A stretch of 62,280 bases of DNA from an uncultured Alphaproteobacteria bacterium (lineage in GTDB: Bacteria > Pseudomonadota > Alphaproteobacteria > RF32 > CAG-239): positions 1-62,280 of the forward strand of contig CALXRR010000001.1 in the NCBI GenBank assembly GCA_944390905.1, read 5' to 3'. Below the pieces are notes generated by a model. It was not told the origin of the DNA. It searched no databases and worked only from the letters and a program-made list of their open reading frames with translations. Below are positions 61,333-62,280 of this stretch, one piece after another. Made by a program: the position numbers and the translations under genes. Numbering within the stretch: position 1 is the first letter of the stretch; each line of letters begins with the position of its first letter.

Positions 61333-61964
61333 TGCGGAAAAAAGCCGAAATCTTAGAGATTATGCGCTGTTTTGAGCAAAATGACCCGAATCCGCGTTGT
61401 GAGCTGAACTTTAGCAATGCTTATACGCTGCTGGTGGCGGTAGTATTGTCAGCGCAGTCAACAGATAAAGGTGTCAATAAGGCGACGGAAGAGTTGTTCA
61501 AAGTGGCAGATACACCCCAAAAAATGCTGGCTTTGAGTGAGGATAAGCTCAAAGAATATATCAAGACCATTGGCTTATATAACAACAAAGCCAAAAACAT
61601 TATGCTCTTGAGTAAAGAATTGGTGGAAAAATTTGGCGGAGAGGTGCCGGAGAATCGTGAAGATTTGCAGAGTTTGGCCGGCGTGGGGCGTAAGACGGCT
61701 AACGTGGTGCTGAATGTGTGGTTTGGCAAACCGGCGTTGGCGGTGGATACGCATGTGTTGCGCTTGGCACAGCGCTTGGAGTTGAGTGATGGTAAAACAC
61801 CGCTGGAGGTGGAGCAAGATTTGCTCAAGGTATTGCCCGAAGAATATGTTAAGCGGGCGAATCACTGGCTGGTGTTGTTTGGGCGCTATGTGTGCAAGGC
61901 GCAAAAGCCGGAATGTGAAAAGTGTTTTTTGCGGAATTGGTGTAATTGTGCAGACAAACGCTAG
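61332..61964 (+). CDS. nth: Endonuclease III
   Basis: HhH-GPD (LAGVGRKTANVVL), catalytic D, C-terminal 4Fe-4S cluster C..6..C..C..5..C. Confidence 0.93.
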   Translation: MRKKAEILEIMRCFEQNDPNPRCELNFSNAYTLLVAVVLSAQSTDKGVNKATEELFKVADTPQKMLALSEDKLKEYIKTIGLYNNKAKNIMLLSKELVEKFGGEVPENREDLQSLAGVGRKTANVVLNVWFGKPALAVDTHVLRLAQRLELSDGKTPLEVEQDLLKVLPEEYVKRANHWLVLFGRYVCKAQKPECEKCFLRNWCNCADKR

Positions 61965-61971
61965 TCTAGCT

Positions 61972-62010
61972 GGAAGCGGGTGCCGCTTCACCCACTAACC
62001 TAGCTGTTGA
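61972..62010. repeat. A-type repeat, partial copy (H hairpin gaagcgg-gtg-ccgcttc plus start of tail)
   Basis: 26/26 identity with 16096-16121. Confidence 0.8.
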
Positions 62011-62015
62011 TGGAT

Positions 62016-62053
62016 AGGGGCAGAGAAACGAACTGCGTTCGTACCGTGCCCCT
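62016..62053 (-). terminator. Nested hairpin 10 nt downstream of the paralog-4 stop (terminator-like, no clear U-run)
   Basis: The outer stem is aggggca / tgcccct. It encloses the inner hairpin acgaac-tgc-gttcgt. Confidence 0.4.
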
Positions 62054-62062
62054 GTTGAGAAT

Positions 62063-62280
62063 CTAAAAAGCGAGCACCGGGCGAACGGAGCGGCTGCTGT
62101 TGTAGTAGTCCTTATAGTAGTCGCCCATACCGAACGAACCACTCGTACCGGCGCCGAAGCCCCACGCGCCGTCGTCGGAGTACTCAGACGACGACCAAAC
62201 GTACTCATAGGAAGAAGAGGTACCAAATCCTATTTTTTTACCTCCGGCAGTGGTGATGCCGGCGTTGACTTTGGCGAAAT
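62063..62280 (-). CDS. DUF1566 family protein, paralog 4; only the C-terminal 72 codons are in the window
   Basis: Not in the ORF track because it has no in-window start. The minus strand reads ...AKVNAGITTAGGKKIGFGTSSSYEYVWSSSEYSDDGAWGFGAGTSGSFGMGDYYKDYYNSSRSVRPVLAF-stop (stop complement at 62063-62065). Confidence 0.8.
   Translation of the reverse strand, partial: FAKVNAGITTAGGKKIGFGTSSSYEYVWSSSEYSDDGAWGFGAGTSGSFGMGDYYKDYYNSSRSVRPVLAF

Noticed and set aside
62229-62240. A7 tract inside the partial paralog 4 (ggtaaaaaaatagg) as a phase-variation switch.
   Set aside because: The tract is short and not shared by the other paralogs. There is no evidence of length heterogeneity in a single sequence.
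1-62280. tRNA, rRNA, transposase, phage, toxin-antitoxin or known defence-system genes.
   Set aside because: I found no T-loop/acceptor patterns (GGTTCGAATCC-like) and no rRNA-like stretches. None of the ORF translations showed DDE, HNH, RT, Cas or similar motifs. Absence by eye is not proof, so tRNAscan-SE and Infernal should confirm it.

Overview
This 62.3-kb window reads like origin-proximal core chromosome of a reduced, probably host-associated alphaproteobacterium. The evidence is synteny: rho-mnmE-mnmG-rsmG-parA-parB with two perfect parS sites, coaE-dnaQ, secB, Tim44-like, mltA, smr, xerD, aroK, tsaD, nth, dnaK/dnaJ, ffs-dnaX-ybaB-recR, radA-cvpA, mlaEF, and a short HprK plus EIIA(Man) plus HPr/NPr. 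I support about 60 protein genes and one SRP RNA. I saw no tRNA, rRNA, transposase, phage gene or CRISPR array. All functional calls come from motif and synteny recognition by eye; no searches or computations were run.

The non-housekeeping content worth a second look:
- **Secreted protein family.** A dispersed family of secreted Cys-rich + DUF1566 proteins has four members and one 36-nt relic. It shows patchwork nucleotide identity, hypervariable C-termini and a conserved 3' flank. It is embedded in a family of short hairpin repeats that show compensatory stem changes, including a 1.25-kb ORF-free repeat field at 17.2-18.4 kb.
- **14-mer.** TTTAAATACAGTGT occurs six times identically, always on the same strand. 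It is conserved across all three reading frames and in intergenic DNA, and clusters around parS.
- **Candidate oriC.** The rho-coaE spacer carries DnaA boxes, a CtrA-type box and five GANTC sites.
- **Accessory insertion.** An AT-rich insertion sits between recR and cvpA. It holds two tandem DUF1796-like genes coupled to recR, a structured leader with an intrinsic terminator, and an orphan 704-aa protein.
- **dnaX slip site.** An A9 run in dnaX has stop codons close by in both alternative frames.
- **Archaeal/eukaryotic-type enzymes.** There is an ADP-dependent sugar kinase and a type-2 (AMP-phosphorylase-like) thymidine phosphorylase homolog.

I cannot name a single complete novel system. The DUF1566/hairpin-repeat loci, the 14-mer and the recR-cvpA island are the best candidates.
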